From assembly GCA_965223265.1 (NCBI GenBank), contig OZ244999.1, forward strand, positions 8,128,001 through 8,192,000: a stretch of DNA of 64,000 bases, written 5' to 3'. Source of the DNA: Planctomycetota bacterium. GTDB taxonomy: Bacteria; Planctomycetota; UBA8108; SXIK01. Of the stretch, positions 1 to 11,321 are shown one piece after another. The position numbers and the translations under genes were made by a program. How positions within the stretch are numbered: position 1 is the first letter of the stretch; every line of letters begins with the position of its first letter. The notes under the pieces are model-generated. The model was not told the origin of the DNA. It made no database searches and saw only the letters and a program-made list of their open reading frames with translations.

Positions 1-45
1 CGCGCGCTACTACACGAAGTTGAGCGATCACTACTCCGGTCGTCG

Positions 46-1176
46 CTAGCCTGTGAACCGACGCGCGGCGAGAAAGTCAAAGCCTTGCGGCGGGCTACCG
101 TCGCTCGCGAGTTCAGCCAGCGCCTCGCCGAGCGCTGGCGTGAACTTGAAGCCGTGGCCAGAGAGACCGGCCGCGAACGCGATGCGGCGCGACGTGGGAT
201 GGCGGTCGACGATGAAGTCGGTGTCGGGCGACGTGGTATACAGGCAGATCGAGAAATTGCGCAGCTGCTTTGTGACGCCGGGCAAGTAGCGAGAGGCGAA
301 CTCTTCAACCGGTTCCCGATCGCTCGCACGCAACTGGCGATCGACGGCGAGCGGGTCGTCCACAGGATCGACTCCGGTGTGCTCAGCGAGTTTGATCGTC
401 GCTGCGTCGGTCGACGGGAAACCGTAGAAGAAGTGTTCGTCGATCTCGTAGCAAAACGCGGGCATCCCTGCGGCGGATGCATGAAGAGGGTTCTTTGTCT
501 CGTACCAGAGGAGCGGCTTGCGCTGGACCTCAAGCGGGATGCGAAGATCGTGCAGGACTTGACTGGACCACGCCCCGGCGGCCACGACGAGGCTCTTGGC
601 TTTGAAGTGGCGCGCTGTCGTGCTCACCGTCACCCAGTCCCCTTCCACGGCCCAGCTTTCGACGCTTTCGCCGATGGCCAGTTCGGCGCCGCGCGCTCGA
701 GCCGCTTCCACGTGCGCGTTGACGCATGCCTCGACGTGGAGAAAACCTGCCTCAGGCTCAAACAGAGCGGTTTGCTGGTCGTCGACGTGCAGCCCCGGAA
801 ATCGGCGTCGCACGTCTGCCGCATTGAGTTCTTCGATGTTGATGGAGTACTTGGCGGCGGCCTTGGAGACTCCCTGGAGCACACTTCCCCCCTCGTTGCC
901 GACGTAAACGAGCCCGGCGGGAACGAAAAGCTGTGTGCCGCAATCGGATTCGAGCTCCTTCCACAGCTCGTAGCTTCGCTGCGCCAGAGGAACGTAGTTG
1001 GGGTTCTCCAAGTAGGCTTGACGGATGATGCGCGTCTCGCCGTGCGAGCTGCCGCGGTCGTGGCCAACCGGAAACCTGTCGATGCCGAGGACGCTGGCGC
1101 CTCGCGCCGCAAGGTGGAAAAGGGCGGCGCTGCCGACCCCTCCGACGCCAACAACGATGGCATCGTAAGCTTCCAT
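46..1176 (-). CDS. solA: N-methyl-L-tryptophan oxidase / monomeric sarcosine oxidase family flavoprotein
   Basis: N-terminal GVGGVG Rossmann motif, GSSHGETRIIR, CLYT (position of the covalent-FAD Cys) and GLSGHGFKF; 376 aa. Confidence 0.9.
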   Translation of the reverse strand: MEAYDAIVVGVGGVGSAALFHLAARGASVLGIDRFPVGHDRGSSHGETRIIRQAYLENPNYVPLAQRSYELWKELESDCGTQLFVPAGLVYVGNEGGSVLQGVSKAAAKYSINIEELNAADVRRRFPGLHVDDQQTALFEPEAGFLHVEACVNAHVEAARARGAELAIGESVESWAVEGDWVTVSTTARHFKAKSLVVAAGAWSSQVLHDLRIPLEVQRKPLLWYETKNPLHASAAGMPAFCYEIDEHFFYGFPSTDAATIKLAEHTGVDPVDDPLAVDRQLRASDREPVEEFASRYLPGVTKQLRNFSICLYTTSPDTDFIVDRHPTSRRIAFAAGLSGHGFKFTPALGEALAELASDGSPPQGFDFLAARRFTG

Positions 1177-1445
1177 GTTGAACCTTCATTTCTCAGTAGT
1201 CGTGCGACAATGTCGACGTCAGCGCGGCGACACTTCCGCCGCGGTCAGGGAAGCCGTATCCTAACCTGAATCGCCGTACCCCCCAAAGGTCTCAGCATCG
1301 GAGCCCGAGTCGTGATCGGCCACCTCCGTTCACCTCTTCAGCGCTGTCGACGACGTGACGGGAAGTTCCGGTGATACAGTGAAAACCGGCGTGCCCGCAA
1401 ACCGTGACGGCGAGGGGATCGTTTGGCGACGACGGTCTTGAGCGA

Positions 1446-2054
1446 ATGAGACGGAGACAACGCATCTTTGTTCGAGCGATCATGACTCTCGGGTGTGCGT
1501 TGATGGCCGTGCTCTTGTGGCTCGGGTGGGATGATCTCTTGGGCTTTTACTACCTTTCCGCACTACGTACGGATTCAGCCCGACTCGAAAGATACGTCGC
1601 CGGCGCTACGCATGGCTCGCCGCAGGAGTGGGCCATCGACGAATATCTCAAGTCCCGCGGCGGCAAAGAGGCTCTGTTTGCTTCGTTCGTTCGCCACCTC
1701 ACCGAGGAGGTCGACTACACCGCGGACAGCCCCGCAACAGCGCTCAGCGTGTTCGATGGTGGCCGCGCTTGGTTCGACACGACTTACTCGGGTCGCAAGC
1801 TCGGCGTCGGTGGGACTTTTTGCGACCGCCACGAAGTGTTCACCGCGCTCGAGCGCTGGCTCGGGGCGCTGGAAGGTCAATCGTTTCGAGTCCCCGGGCT
1901 CGACGGGTTCGTCGTCGCCGTCGTCTCGAGAGAGAGAGCCGTGACGCTGTATCGCACGAGTGTCGCAGCCGATCGCCTCGGCAGTGTCGTCTTTAGCGGC
2001 GACGCAGAATACGTCTGTCGGGTCCTCCGTGACAAACGTGTCGACACGGATTAG
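1446..2054 (+). CDS. hypothetical protein with N-terminal membrane anchor
   Basis: Basic N-terminus (MRRRQR) followed by a hydrophobic helix (IMTLGCALMAVLLWLGW); no family recognised. Start could be 1404 or 1446. Confidence 0.6.
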   Translation: MRRRQRIFVRAIMTLGCALMAVLLWLGWDDLLGFYYLSALRTDSARLERYVAGATHGSPQEWAIDEYLKSRGGKEALFASFVRHLTEEVDYTADSPATALSVFDGGRAWFDTTYSGRKLGVGGTFCDRHEVFTALERWLGALEGQSFRVPGLDGFVVAVVSRERAVTLYRTSVAADRLGSVVFSGDAEYVCRVLRDKRVDTD

Positions 2055-2538
2055 TGAGATGTTCATCAATGGATCCGGCGACACGGGTATGGGGTCGACA
2101 TTTCTCGGTCGATTCCGCATCATGTACGCGTTCGGGTGGGGTTACAAAGCCCGAAGTCGTTGAGGAAAAAGTTGGACGCGGACGCAGTCCGTTCGAGGTT
2201 CTCGTTCGGCGCAAGGTTCGGAAGGGTGAAACGCAGGACAAGCAGTCCGGTCTCCGCCGGCTGCGTCGCGGCTTCGGCCACGACGGGCGCGGCGCCGACA
2301 AGTTTCGGCGCGTGACGCATCGCGGAGTGTCCGTGACAAGAGTTGTCGCTACCGCCCTAAGGACTGATTGTGAGCCTTTTGGCCGCATGAGTTGAATGCC
2401 GCGTTGTCGGTCAGCTGGAGAGTTGGCGCAACGCTGTAGGTGGTGTCCGCGGCTGCGGAGTGAACGTTCAATGGTGTTGGGACTGTACGAGCGTCAGAAA
2501 CTGGGCGGAAATGCTCCGTTTCGATTGACGACTCGGCG

Positions 2539-3753
2539 ATGGTGATTTGGGAGAAGATCGTGTTGAGGACAAGTCCGTCCGAGCTCTTGTGCCGAATTGT
2601 GAGAGCGGTGTCGATCCATCGTCGTTGGGGCCGCGAGATCAAGGCTTGCGTCGTGCCGGCAGCGGTCTGGATCATCGTTGCTGCTGCAACTGGTTGTTCG
2701 TCCACGCGGCAACTGACCGAGTCGGACCAGGCTCAGGCGCGTGGTCCGCTGCCCTACCACACGGGAATCTTTCTCGATACCGAGAAGCTCGGCTACCACC
2801 GACCGCCGGAACAGGACGAACTGGCGATTCAATACGTCGGCGATGATGCGCAGCTTCTCGAAGTCGTGCGTGCTGCGCTCGACGGTTCAGTCGTCACGCT
2901 TTGTGAAGTTCTCGACGCGAAGACGCGGTCAGAGGCGAGGCAGCAGGCGGAGGGTCTGGACCTTCTGGTCGCGATCGGGTTCGACAGCGCCCCCAACTTT
3001 TCGGAGTACGATCGCTCCGTCGGCTGGGGGGCACTCGAAGTCGCAACCTTCCTTTTTGGGGGGATCCCGTCTTGGTTCGTGCCGACGGTTCGCTACAGCA
3101 CACCCGCACGTCTTCGCGTTGAGGTGCTAGAACTTCACCAGCCGAAGGCAAAAACCTGGCTGCAAGGCGACGATGACGACGTGGAGTTCGACTGGCTCCA
3201 GGAAATCAGCTCCGCTGGCCAGCCCACAAGTTTGTGGGATAGGTCACGCCAGGGTCTTGATTATGCGCTGACGATCATCGCTCCACCGATGTTGGTCGTG
3301 CCAGGAGACCCGGATCACCTCAGCAATTCGCTCACCGAAGGCGTCAATGACGAGCTCGCGGGAACCGCCAGCGCAACGATCAAAGATCGAATTCTCCTAC
3401 ATGAATGGACGAGTCCGTTGTCGGTGGTGTTTCTTTCTCCGGACCCGAATGAGATCGTCGTCGGCGATACGATGGATCTGCGCTTGAGCGTGTCGGCGCG
3501 GGAGGGTGGGAGCTTGCGTGAGTTCAACGTGCTGCGCGTTTCGCCCAACGCTGACGACTTCGAGTGGCGCGCCACGTCGCGGCAGCTCGAAACGCTGAAC
3601 GCCGCGCTGGCAAAGCGGGTCGATCCAACCGCAGGGGTGAAAGTGCGTGTTCCTTTGCCGATTCCAGTAGTCGATGGCGGCAACCTGGTGAAGGTCCGCG
3701 TCGTTCACGAAAGTGGTGAGGACATAGTGCGAACCATGTTCTACGTCAAGTAG
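2539..3753 (+). CDS. putative lipoprotein, unknown function
   Basis: Hydrophobic stretch ending in lipobox-like ATG-C (VWIIVAAATGCSS); long ORF with normal protein composition. True start is probably downstream of 2539. Confidence 0.7.
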   Translation: MVIWEKIVLRTSPSELLCRIVRAVSIHRRWGREIKACVVPAAVWIIVAAATGCSSTRQLTESDQAQARGPLPYHTGIFLDTEKLGYHRPPEQDELAIQYVGDDAQLLEVVRAALDGSVVTLCEVLDAKTRSEARQQAEGLDLLVAIGFDSAPNFSEYDRSVGWGALEVATFLFGGIPSWFVPTVRYSTPARLRVEVLELHQPKAKTWLQGDDDDVEFDWLQEISSAGQPTSLWDRSRQGLDYALTIIAPPMLVVPGDPDHLSNSLTEGVNDELAGTASATIKDRILLHEWTSPLSVVFLSPDPNEIVVGDTMDLRLSVSAREGGSLREFNVLRVSPNADDFEWRATSRQLETLNAALAKRVDPTAGVKVRVPLPIPVVDGGNLVKVRVVHESGEDIVRTMFYVK

Positions 3754-3876
3754 CGGACGGGCGCGATCGATGAGCGCTGAAGTTGAAACGCGCCCCGAGC
3801 GCGCCTTGTTGTCTGCTCGCTTGCGAGCGCCAGTCTACGAACATTTTTTCATCAGTCAGATAGCGGGGAGTGAGGA

Positions 3877-6800
3877 ATGAGGTTGGCACAGATCGGTGTT
3901 GGCACCGTCGCTCTTTTGTTCGCATTGTTGGCGCTTCCCGGTTGTAACTCTGGGCTTGGCGTGCTGCTCTACCTTCTTCTCGAGGACGACGATGACGACG
4001 ACGATGGCGGTGGTTCGACCGCGGTCGGCACGGCCGTTCTCGAGTTCATCGGCATCGATAACGCGCGTTCAGCGCCGCAAGAAACGGTACTTCGCGTTCG
4101 TCTGCGAAACGACGCTGGGCAGCCGACGGAAGTCCTGATCGAACAGCGTGAAGTCGGATCGACTGCGGATTTCACACCCATTTCGATCGTCGAGCCGTTT
4201 CCGGGCGCCCTGACCGATCCCGGCAAACTCGCGGCAGTCTCGACGACGCCGACGGGCGAGCTTCACAGCATCGGTTGGGATGCTTTGAACGATTTCGGCG
4301 ACAGCAATCAGCGTCGAGTTTTACTGCGGTTTTCGGGCGAGCTCGAGGCACCGGTCGAGGTGGAAGTCCTCGTGGGGAACGACGCCCCCGAACTTCGAGA
4401 TGTTACGTTTGAGCAGCTTCCGGGCGAGCCGGTCGTCGTTGGCGTCACTCTTGTCGATTCGGCGAGCGACCCCGTGAGCGTGCAGACGTCGTTTCAGCCC
4501 GGTGGCGGGACTGAACTCGATCCCGACGCGTATGAAGACGCGACGACGAGCGGCGAGACGATGGAGCTCGAGACCAGCGCCGAGGGCATGCGACACGAGT
4601 TCGAGTGGCAAGCTGGCCTAGATCTCGGTTTGGTCGATCGACCGGCGGCGATCCGACTCGTACCTGTCGATGTCGTCGACGGCGGCAGCGGACTCGAAGG
4701 TGACGAGGCCTTTGACGAACTCTTTCTCGACAACAACCTGGAGCCAAGTGCCGAGTTTGATCCTGGTGAGGTGAGCGCAAGCGGCGACACTCGACGCGGC
4801 GTATCACTGCCGGTTCTCGTGCGCGACCGTGAGGGCAATCCCGTTGATCTTTTCGTTCAGTGGGCGGGGGACGGTGATGACTTCCCGGAGCTGCCAGAGG
4901 CGCTGACGACGGACGCCGTACTTCGCGCCGCGGTTCTCGCTGATCCCGCAGAGAGGCGTGCTCTTCGCCTCGCGACGCTCAAGCCTTCGATTCTCCGTGG
5001 CGCCGTGGAAGCTGTGATTGATGACGATTCGGTTCTCGCCACTTGGATCAAGCGCGAGGCGGAGCTGCGCGGGCTTGTGGCGCTGGACTTTCTCGTCGGA
5101 CGAAACGCCGCGGTGGATCTTGCCGAGGGCGGAAGCGAGGAGCTTCGTATTTGCTCATACGACGCCGGTACTGGCCTGTTGACTTTCGAGCAGCCGTTGA
5201 ATGTCGCACTGCCGCCCGGCAGCGTCCTCACGATCGAACTCGGCGTCGCGACCGGGCTGCCGACGTCCGACGAGGGTGTTCCCCACGTGTTCGTTTGGGA
5301 CACCAGCGTGGACCTGCCTGGCGGCGGCGAAACCGCGTTTCGCGTCACGCCTTTCGACCGCACCGCGTCGATGGACGGAAGCGACGACTGCGGCCGTGTC
5401 TTCGTCACAGACGACACCACGGTCGTCGCGGGAGGACGTGGCGCTGCGACGCCGGGCGCGCCTGCGAAGTCAACGACCGGGCCGTTTCGTGTTGATGACG
5501 CGATGGTCGTGCCGACGGCGCCGGTCGATAGCGTCGTCGCCTTGCGCCGTAAAGATCTCGACGGTGATGGCTCGACCGACCTGGTGTTCGTCGCGGCCGG
5601 GTCGGACGCGATCGTCGCCAAGTTGCAGACGAAACCGGGGCGCTTTGACGAGCTTAGGCTGCCCGACGCAAACCTCAGATCACCGGCTGGACTAGCGGTG
5701 ATGGACTTCGACGGCAACGGCCTTGTCGACATCGCGGCGACGTCGATGGAGACGGCCAAGGTACTGCTCATCCGTCAACACGAGGGCAATGACTTCTTTT
5801 CGGACCGGGTGGTCCTCGACGCCGCAGACTCCTTGTCCGAGCCGCGTGGCCTCGCAGCCGCTGATGTTGACGGTGACGGCGGACTCGATCTGTTACTTCT
5901 TCACAGCCCCGAAGGAGGTTCGCAGCTTGTGGTTTTCCGCCAGGGCACACCCACGTCGAGTGGGTCCGAGTGTCTCGTTCCGGAGGAGGGTTACACGGCG
6001 TGCTTGTTTGCTACGCCGGAGGGAAGTGCTGACCTTGGCGTTTTCACGCATGCTGATTTGGATGGTGACGGTGACGTCGACGTCGCAGCCGCGGGCGGAG
6101 ACAGCATCGTGGTCTTTGTCGGGGACGGCGCCGGCTCGTTCGTCAGCTCTGTCGCAGTGACGGCGGCGGCGGCGGAGTTCACCGCGATCAACTGCGTCGA
6201 CGTCAATGCGGACGGAAGTCGAGACCTCGTTGTCATCAACGGTAGCCAGTTGGAAGTCTATCCGCAGCTGGCGAACGGCGACTATGACGCGAGCCCACTC
6301 GTGTTAGCCAGTGAACTCGAGAGCGATGGCGTGACCGGCGCCGAGAGGCTCGGCAGCGGCGACTTCGACAGCAACGGCGTCGTCGATTTTCTCGTGCTGC
6401 AGCGTGCCGCAGGTGGCTCAAGTGGCTCCATTCTCGCTCTTTTCGGCGACGACCTCGGTCTCTACTCAGGCTCGCCGTTGCCGCTCGCGGCTGACGGCAT
6501 CGCCGACGTTCAGTCCGAACCGGCAGCCGGTGCTCTCTCGATCGGCTCCATCGACCCTCGCCGCGAGCCAGGCGTCGTCGCAAGCCTTGGCAGCGGCCGT
6601 AGCCTCTTTCTCTTTCACGCCGCCGGTAGCGGTAGTTTTCGTGAGCCCGCTCAGGTTCTCTCCTCCGAGGATCCCGTCGGTGAGGCGCCTGTCGCCTTGG
6701 CGGCAGCCGACGTGATGGCCGATGGCCGGGTCGACCTGTTGACCGTAAGTCGGGAGTCGGGAGAGCTGACGATCTGGGACCAAAAGGCGATCGGCGATTT

Positions 6801-7737
6801 CGAGGCGAAGAGCGTCGCTGTCGGCGGTGATGAAGCCTCCCTCGGTCCAATCGCACTGGCGAGCGGTGACATCGATGGCGACGGACGTGGCGATGTCGTC
6901 ACTGCAAACATCGACGCCAACAACCTCAGCATTCTTCTCCAGGATGCAAGCGGCGGGTTCAACCAACCGACAGAGCCGCTCGCTGTCGACGGTCTCGACG
7001 GACCACAGAGCGTCGTCGTTGCTGACCTCGACCTTGACGGACGACTTGATCTGTGCACGGCAGGACGGTTCTCGAACACAGTTCATACGCTCCTGCAAGA
7101 CGATACCGGAGCCTTCGTCCCGGACCGTGAACTGGCCAGCACCATACCGAGCGGAACGAGTCTCGCAGCTCCGGTCGCACTTCTTGCAGTGGATGTTCTC
7201 GATGGCGATGGCGTTGTCGAGGTCGTCAGCGCCAACCACGACTCGCACAACGTCACCATATTCCCCACCTCGGCGTCGATCCCTGTGGCGATCGAACTCG
7301 GCGAGGGTGTGCGCCCGATCGCTCTTGCCGCCGGTGACGTCGACAATGATGGCTTGGTTGATCTCGTCACCGCGAACACCGTAGGGCCACTCGCATCGCT
7401 CGCGCGCCAGGAGTCTCCCGGAGCGTTCACCGTCACCACTTTGGCAGCGGCGGAGGCGGGACGTGAAGCAACCGGTGTAGCTGTCGCGAATCTCACTGGC
7501 GATGCATTCGCCGATGTGGCGCTCTCGCTCGCCGGGGATCTCTCGAGCACGATTCGTCTACTGCTCGCTCGCGACTCCAGCGTCGCAGTGGAGCCGTTTC
7601 GACTCGACCTCGAGGATTTGGACATGGATGCCCCGGTTGGCATCGTCGCGGCGGACATTGACGGCGACTGTGAGCTCGACGTTGCGGCGCCGAATCGGCA
7701 GAGTCGGAACACGGTCATTTTCTACGGTGGTCGATGA
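3877..7737 (+). CDS. large secreted protein/lipoprotein with FG-GAP/VCBS Ca-binding repeats
   Basis: Signal peptide with LPG-C lipobox, poly-Asp tract, beta-rich N-terminal half and about 14 DxDxDGxxD-type motifs (DLDGDGSTD, DFDGNGLVD, DVDGDGGLD ... DIDGDCELD). RBS-like GAGGA lies directly before the ATG. Confidence 0.85.
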   Translation: MRLAQIGVGTVALLFALLALPGCNSGLGVLLYLLLEDDDDDDDGGGSTAVGTAVLEFIGIDNARSAPQETVLRVRLRNDAGQPTEVLIEQREVGSTADFTPISIVEPFPGALTDPGKLAAVSTTPTGELHSIGWDALNDFGDSNQRRVLLRFSGELEAPVEVEVLVGNDAPELRDVTFEQLPGEPVVVGVTLVDSASDPVSVQTSFQPGGGTELDPDAYEDATTSGETMELETSAEGMRHEFEWQAGLDLGLVDRPAAIRLVPVDVVDGGSGLEGDEAFDELFLDNNLEPSAEFDPGEVSASGDTRRGVSLPVLVRDREGNPVDLFVQWAGDGDDFPELPEALTTDAVLRAAVLADPAERRALRLATLKPSILRGAVEAVIDDDSVLATWIKREAELRGLVALDFLVGRNAAVDLAEGGSEELRICSYDAGTGLLTFEQPLNVALPPGSVLTIELGVATGLPTSDEGVPHVFVWDTSVDLPGGGETAFRVTPFDRTASMDGSDDCGRVFVTDDTTVVAGGRGAATPGAPAKSTTGPFRVDDAMVVPTAPVDSVVALRRKDLDGDGSTDLVFVAAGSDAIVAKLQTKPGRFDELRLPDANLRSPAGLAVMDFDGNGLVDIAATSMETAKVLLIRQHEGNDFFSDRVVLDAADSLSEPRGLAAADVDGDGGLDLLLLHSPEGGSQLVVFRQGTPTSSGSECLVPEEGYTACLFATPEGSADLGVFTHADLDGDGDVDVAAAGGDSIVVFVGDGAGSFVSSVAVTAAAAEFTAINCVDVNADGSRDLVVINGSQLEVYPQLANGDYDASPLVLASELESDGVTGAERLGSGDFDSNGVVDFLVLQRAAGGSSGSILALFGDDLGLYSGSPLPLAADGIADVQSEPAAGALSIGSIDPRREPGVVASLGSGRSLFLFHAAGSGSFREPAQVLSSEDPVGEAPVALAAADVMADGRVDLLTVSRESGELTIWDQKAIGDFEAKSVAVGGDEASLGPIALASGDIDGDGRGDVVTANIDANNLSILLQDASGGFNQPTEPLAVDGLDGPQSVVVADLDLDGRLDLCTAGRFSNTVHTLLQDDTGAFVPDRELASTIPSGTSLAAPVALLAVDVLDGDGVVEVVSANHDSHNVTIFPTSASIPVAIELGEGVRPIALAAGDVDNDGLVDLVTANTVGPLASLARQESPGAFTVTTLAAAEAGREATGVAVANLTGDAFADVALSLAGDLSSTIRLLLARDSSVAVEPFRLDLEDLDMDAPVGIVAADIDGDCELDVAAPNRQSRNTVIFYGGR

Positions 7738-7790
7738 CGCACGTCGTGCACCTGCATCCTTCTTCGCGGAGAGTCTGCAAGGGAAGTGCC

Positions 7791-8636
7791 TCACGCCGGC
7801 GTTTTCTTTTTCGCCCCACCTTTGCTGCTCTGTGCGGAGCCTAGAACGCGGCTCTTGATGCCCACCGAGAGCTGTACAAGCGCGAAGATCACGAGCGCTG
7901 CGAGAGCGTGCGTGAAATAGAAGGAGAAGACGCCCCACCAGGCGGGAAAGTAGAAGAACTGAGCCCACCAGCCGCGGCTCATGACGGGGAATCCCATTCC
8001 CATCCACTCGGCGAAGTAGACGACGAGCCCGAGAGCGATCACGACAACGCCGGCCCAGAGAAACTCTTTGCCGCGGAGACGAAAATTGGCGAACACCGGC
8101 GCGAGGATGTAGAGGAGTAACAGGTAGCCCAGCGGCCTGGCGCGAATTTCGCTCAGCCAGCTGCGAAGTCCTCCGAGGTAGTGGCGCAGATCGAGTTCAA
8201 TTCGACCTTCGAGCCACTCGTATGGGTAGACGCTCGGCAGCTTCACGAGATCGGCGCGGACGAGACCGGCAGTCTGCAAGTTGTACACCGCGACGACGAA
8301 CACGGTGTAGAAGAGAGCGTGCGACACGAGGAGGAACAGTGCACCGGCGAAGTACGGCACCTTGTCCCGGTCCACAGAGATCACGGGGCAGGCGTCGCGG
8401 AGGGGCTCAGAGCGAATCTTTCCCCCGATGCAAAGCCAAGAGGCGGCCGTGTGCACGACGACCGTCAGGAACGTGCCGGGCAGGAAGAGCACCTTGAACC
8501 AGCGCCGGTCCCGCCACGGCCCGATAAGCTTTCCGATGCACAGAAGCACGGCGCTGTAGATTCCGAGCCATGCAACGATGTGCAGCATTTCTGCGGGACT
8601 CCAGAGTGGCAGTTTTCTCAGGCGTCGAGCCGTCAC
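7791..8636 (-). CDS. integral membrane protein, possibly a degenerate M50-like metalloprotease homologue
   Basis: About six hydrophobic helices. [13 protein letters not shown] resembles the 'lPGtxxHExxH' segment of M50-like proteins but lacks HE. Confidence 0.65.
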   Translation of the reverse strand: MTARRLRKLPLWSPAEMLHIVAWLGIYSAVLLCIGKLIGPWRDRRWFKVLFLPGTFLTVVVHTAASWLCIGGKIRSEPLRDACPVISVDRDKVPYFAGALFLLVSHALFYTVFVVAVYNLQTAGLVRADLVKLPSVYPYEWLEGRIELDLRHYLGGLRSWLSEIRARPLGYLLLLYILAPVFANFRLRGKEFLWAGVVVIALGLVVYFAEWMGMGFPVMSRGWWAQFFYFPAWWGVFSFYFTHALAALVIFALVQLSVGIKSRVLGSAQSSKGGAKKKTPA

Positions 8637-8721
8637 TCGCGGGAAAACGAGCTTTGCATCCGCGGATGCGTTACGTCAGGATGCTCGCTCATCCATAGAA
8701 TCGGCTCAGGAGCTACTGATC

Positions 8722-10128
8722 ATGACAAGCACGGTATCGTTTCGACAGGAATCGGACACCATGGGCACCGTCGAGGTGCAGGCTGATCGCTACTGGGGCG
8801 CTCAGACGCAGCGGTCTCTGCAGAACTTTGAGATCGGTGAGGAGCGCATGCCGCGTCCTATCGTGCGTGCGCTCGGCATCGTCAAGAAGGCTGCTGCCCT
8901 CGTCAACATGGAGTTCGGCAAGCTTGACCGTGGACTTGGTGAGGTGATCTGTCGCGCCGCCGACGAAGTGATCTCAGGCGACCTAGACGACAACTTCCCG
9001 CTTGTCGTCTGGCAGACCGGATCCGGGACGCAAAGCAACATGAACGCCAACGAGGTCATCGCCAATCGCGCGATCGAGCTTCTCGGTGGTGAGGTCGGCT
9101 CGAAGACACCGGTGCATCCGAACGACCACTGCAACATGAGTCAGTCGTCGAACGACACATTTCCAACCGCGATGCACATCGCCGCAGCGGAGCAAATCGT
9201 CGGTGAGTTCGTCACCTCGTTGCAGGATCTCCATGGCTCGTTCGATCAACATGCGAAGGCTTTCGCCGACATTGTCAAGCTCGGTCGCACACACATGCAG
9301 GACGCGACGCCGCTCACTCTCGGGCAGGAATTCTCCGGCTACGCGCAGCAGATTCTCTACGGTGTCGAACGCGTCCAAGGCGCGCTGCCGCGGCTTTATG
9401 AATTGGCGCAGGGTGGCACGGCGGTTGGCACGGGCCTCAACAGTCCGGAGGGGTTCGATCGACAGTTCGCGGCGGAGGTCGCCAAGCTGACCGGTCTCCC
9501 GTTCGTCACTGCGGTCAATAAATTCGAAGCGCTCGCCGCGCACGACGCGTTGGTCGAGGTTTCCGGCGCACTCAACACGATGGCGGCGAGTCTGATGAAA
9601 ATTGCCAACGATCTCCGACTGCTCGGTTCGGGGCCGAGGTGCGGGCTGGGCGAGCTGCAGCTTCCGGCCAATGAACCGGGATCTTCGATCATGCCTGGCA
9701 AGGTGAATCCGACGCAGTGCGAGGCCTTGACGATGGTGTGCGCGCAGGTGATGGGAAACCACGTCACCGTGACGGTTGCTGGGGCGAGCGGTCACATGGA
9801 GCTGAACGTGTTCAAGCCCGTCATGATCTTCAACGTCCTGCAGTCGGTTCGTCTCTTGGCCGACGCGGCGCGTAGTTTCAAGAAGAACTGTGTCGATGGT
9901 CTGGTTCCCGACCGCGAGCGCATCGCCAAGCTGGTGAGTGAGTCGTTGATGCTCGTCACCGCTCTGAATCCGCATATCGGCTATGACAACGCCGCCAAGG
10001 TCGCCAAGAAGGCCTACAATGACGGCACGTCACTCAAGGAGGCCGCTGTCGCCCTCGAGTTGCTCACGGCCGAGCAGTTCGATCAGTGGGTACGACCCGA
10101 AAGAATGGTCGGCCCAACACCGCGATAG
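8722..10128 (+). CDS. fumC: class II fumarate hydratase
   Basis: [32 protein letters not shown] and the signature [15 protein letters not shown]; AGGAG RBS before ATG 8722. Confidence 0.97.
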   Translation: MTSTVSFRQESDTMGTVEVQADRYWGAQTQRSLQNFEIGEERMPRPIVRALGIVKKAAALVNMEFGKLDRGLGEVICRAADEVISGDLDDNFPLVVWQTGSGTQSNMNANEVIANRAIELLGGEVGSKTPVHPNDHCNMSQSSNDTFPTAMHIAAAEQIVGEFVTSLQDLHGSFDQHAKAFADIVKLGRTHMQDATPLTLGQEFSGYAQQILYGVERVQGALPRLYELAQGGTAVGTGLNSPEGFDRQFAAEVAKLTGLPFVTAVNKFEALAAHDALVEVSGALNTMAASLMKIANDLRLLGSGPRCGLGELQLPANEPGSSIMPGKVNPTQCEALTMVCAQVMGNHVTVTVAGASGHMELNVFKPVMIFNVLQSVRLLADAARSFKKNCVDGLVPDRERIAKLVSESLMLVTALNPHIGYDNAAKVAKKAYNDGTSLKEAAVALELLTAEQFDQWVRPERMVGPTPR

Positions 10129-10178
10129 TTGCCGCGACCTTTTCCGCACTGATCGAGCCGGCCTCGCGCCGCACCTGT

Positions 10179-11129
10179 CTATGGACAGCTGCAGAGCCCC
10201 CCGAGGAAGTCCTCTGTCGCGTCGATGCCGCACTCCACGGGGCCTGGCGACCGCGGTGGCTCCTCGCCAGCGAACAGAAAGTTGAGGGTTGCTACTGCAT
10301 CGGAGAGGTCGAGGATGCCGTCATCATTCGCATCGCAGGCGTCGTCGCAAAAGCCTCGCTCTCCCTCGATGAAAAGGTGATTGAGGTTGAAGATCGGGTC
10401 GGAAATGTTGACCCTTGCATCGCCATTGCAGTCGCCGCGCCGAAACGTCGGCGTACGCCGCGAGCAAGACGGGCGAATCTGAGGCGACGTGTAGCCAGCG
10501 TCATTCTTAAACACCAACACGACCTCATCCACCGCGGTGACGGTGTCCGAACCCACTCCAGGCGAGGATGGTGTCAACGCTTCAACCGACGTGGCGCCTT
10601 GGCCGATGCTCGCCGTCAGCTGTGCGCCAGCGAACGTCAGCTCGCCGGACGTCCACGCGTCGGCTCCTGGCTGCCAAGTCAAGCGGAGCATGCCGCCCAT
10701 GACCGGAATCAGCTCACAGTCTAGGTCGGCGACGGGCTCCGGGATTGGGCTCGACTCCAACACTTCGAACTCGACGTTCACCCAAGGCGAAACACGATCG
10801 CCAAGACGACCGCGCACGCCGAACGAATGCTGCCCCGGAGACGCCGTGACCGTGCCGCGACCGTCGGCGCCGTCGCCATCGCCAGCAGCCACCGGCTGCG
10901 TGACAACGTCGTCGACGGCGAACTCGACGGCTTCGTACATCTCGGGATTATTCCAAGAGACCCGAACATGTCCCTCGCCGGTCGAGCTGACCGCTGGATA
11001 GTCGACTTGGCAGACCGCAACGTCTGCCGGGACTTCGAGATCTTCGATCTCTTGAGAGTTTGCACCACCGCACAACCCGAACAGTAACCCCCCGGCGATC
11101 GCCGGCACGCCGAACATTCGCACCGTCAT
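10179..11129 (-). CDS. secreted protein with Ig/FN3-like domains and C-terminal planctomycete dockerin-like domain
   Basis: Signal peptide; beta-sandwich-like segments (VRVSWNNP, LRLTWQPG); C-terminal FRRGDCNGDARVNISD...CDDACDANDDGILDLSDAV with two EF-hand-like loops; AGGAG RBS. Confidence 0.8.
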   Translation of the reverse strand: MTVRMFGVPAIAGGLLFGLCGGANSQEIEDLEVPADVAVCQVDYPAVSSTGEGHVRVSWNNPEMYEAVEFAVDDVVTQPVAAGDGDGADGRGTVTASPGQHSFGVRGRLGDRVSPWVNVEFEVLESSPIPEPVADLDCELIPVMGGMLRLTWQPGADAWTSGELTFAGAQLTASIGQGATSVEALTPSSPGVGSDTVTAVDEVVLVFKNDAGYTSPQIRPSCSRRTPTFRRGDCNGDARVNISDPIFNLNHLFIEGERGFCDDACDANDDGILDLSDAVATLNFLFAGEEPPRSPGPVECGIDATEDFLGGLCSCP

Positions 11130-11321
11130 TTGAGCCACTCCTGATTCCACCGTTCTTCCCAAGTTCGGGCTTGATTATACTAACAACCGGCGCCGTTGGG
11201 TCCTGCAACGTTGCGGTTTTTCATGCGCCTTGGTTCAGCGGTTGTTAGGTGCGTTTTGTTTCGCGGCTAACCCGTGCGGCGCATCCGGCTGGGCGCGCCT
11301 CGAACGGAGATCGACTCACGG

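Noticed and set aside
2055-2538. Short ORFs and a possible RNA in this intergenic gap
   Set aside because: The ORFs are Arg/Ser-rich and not protein-like, and I saw no recognisable RNA motif.
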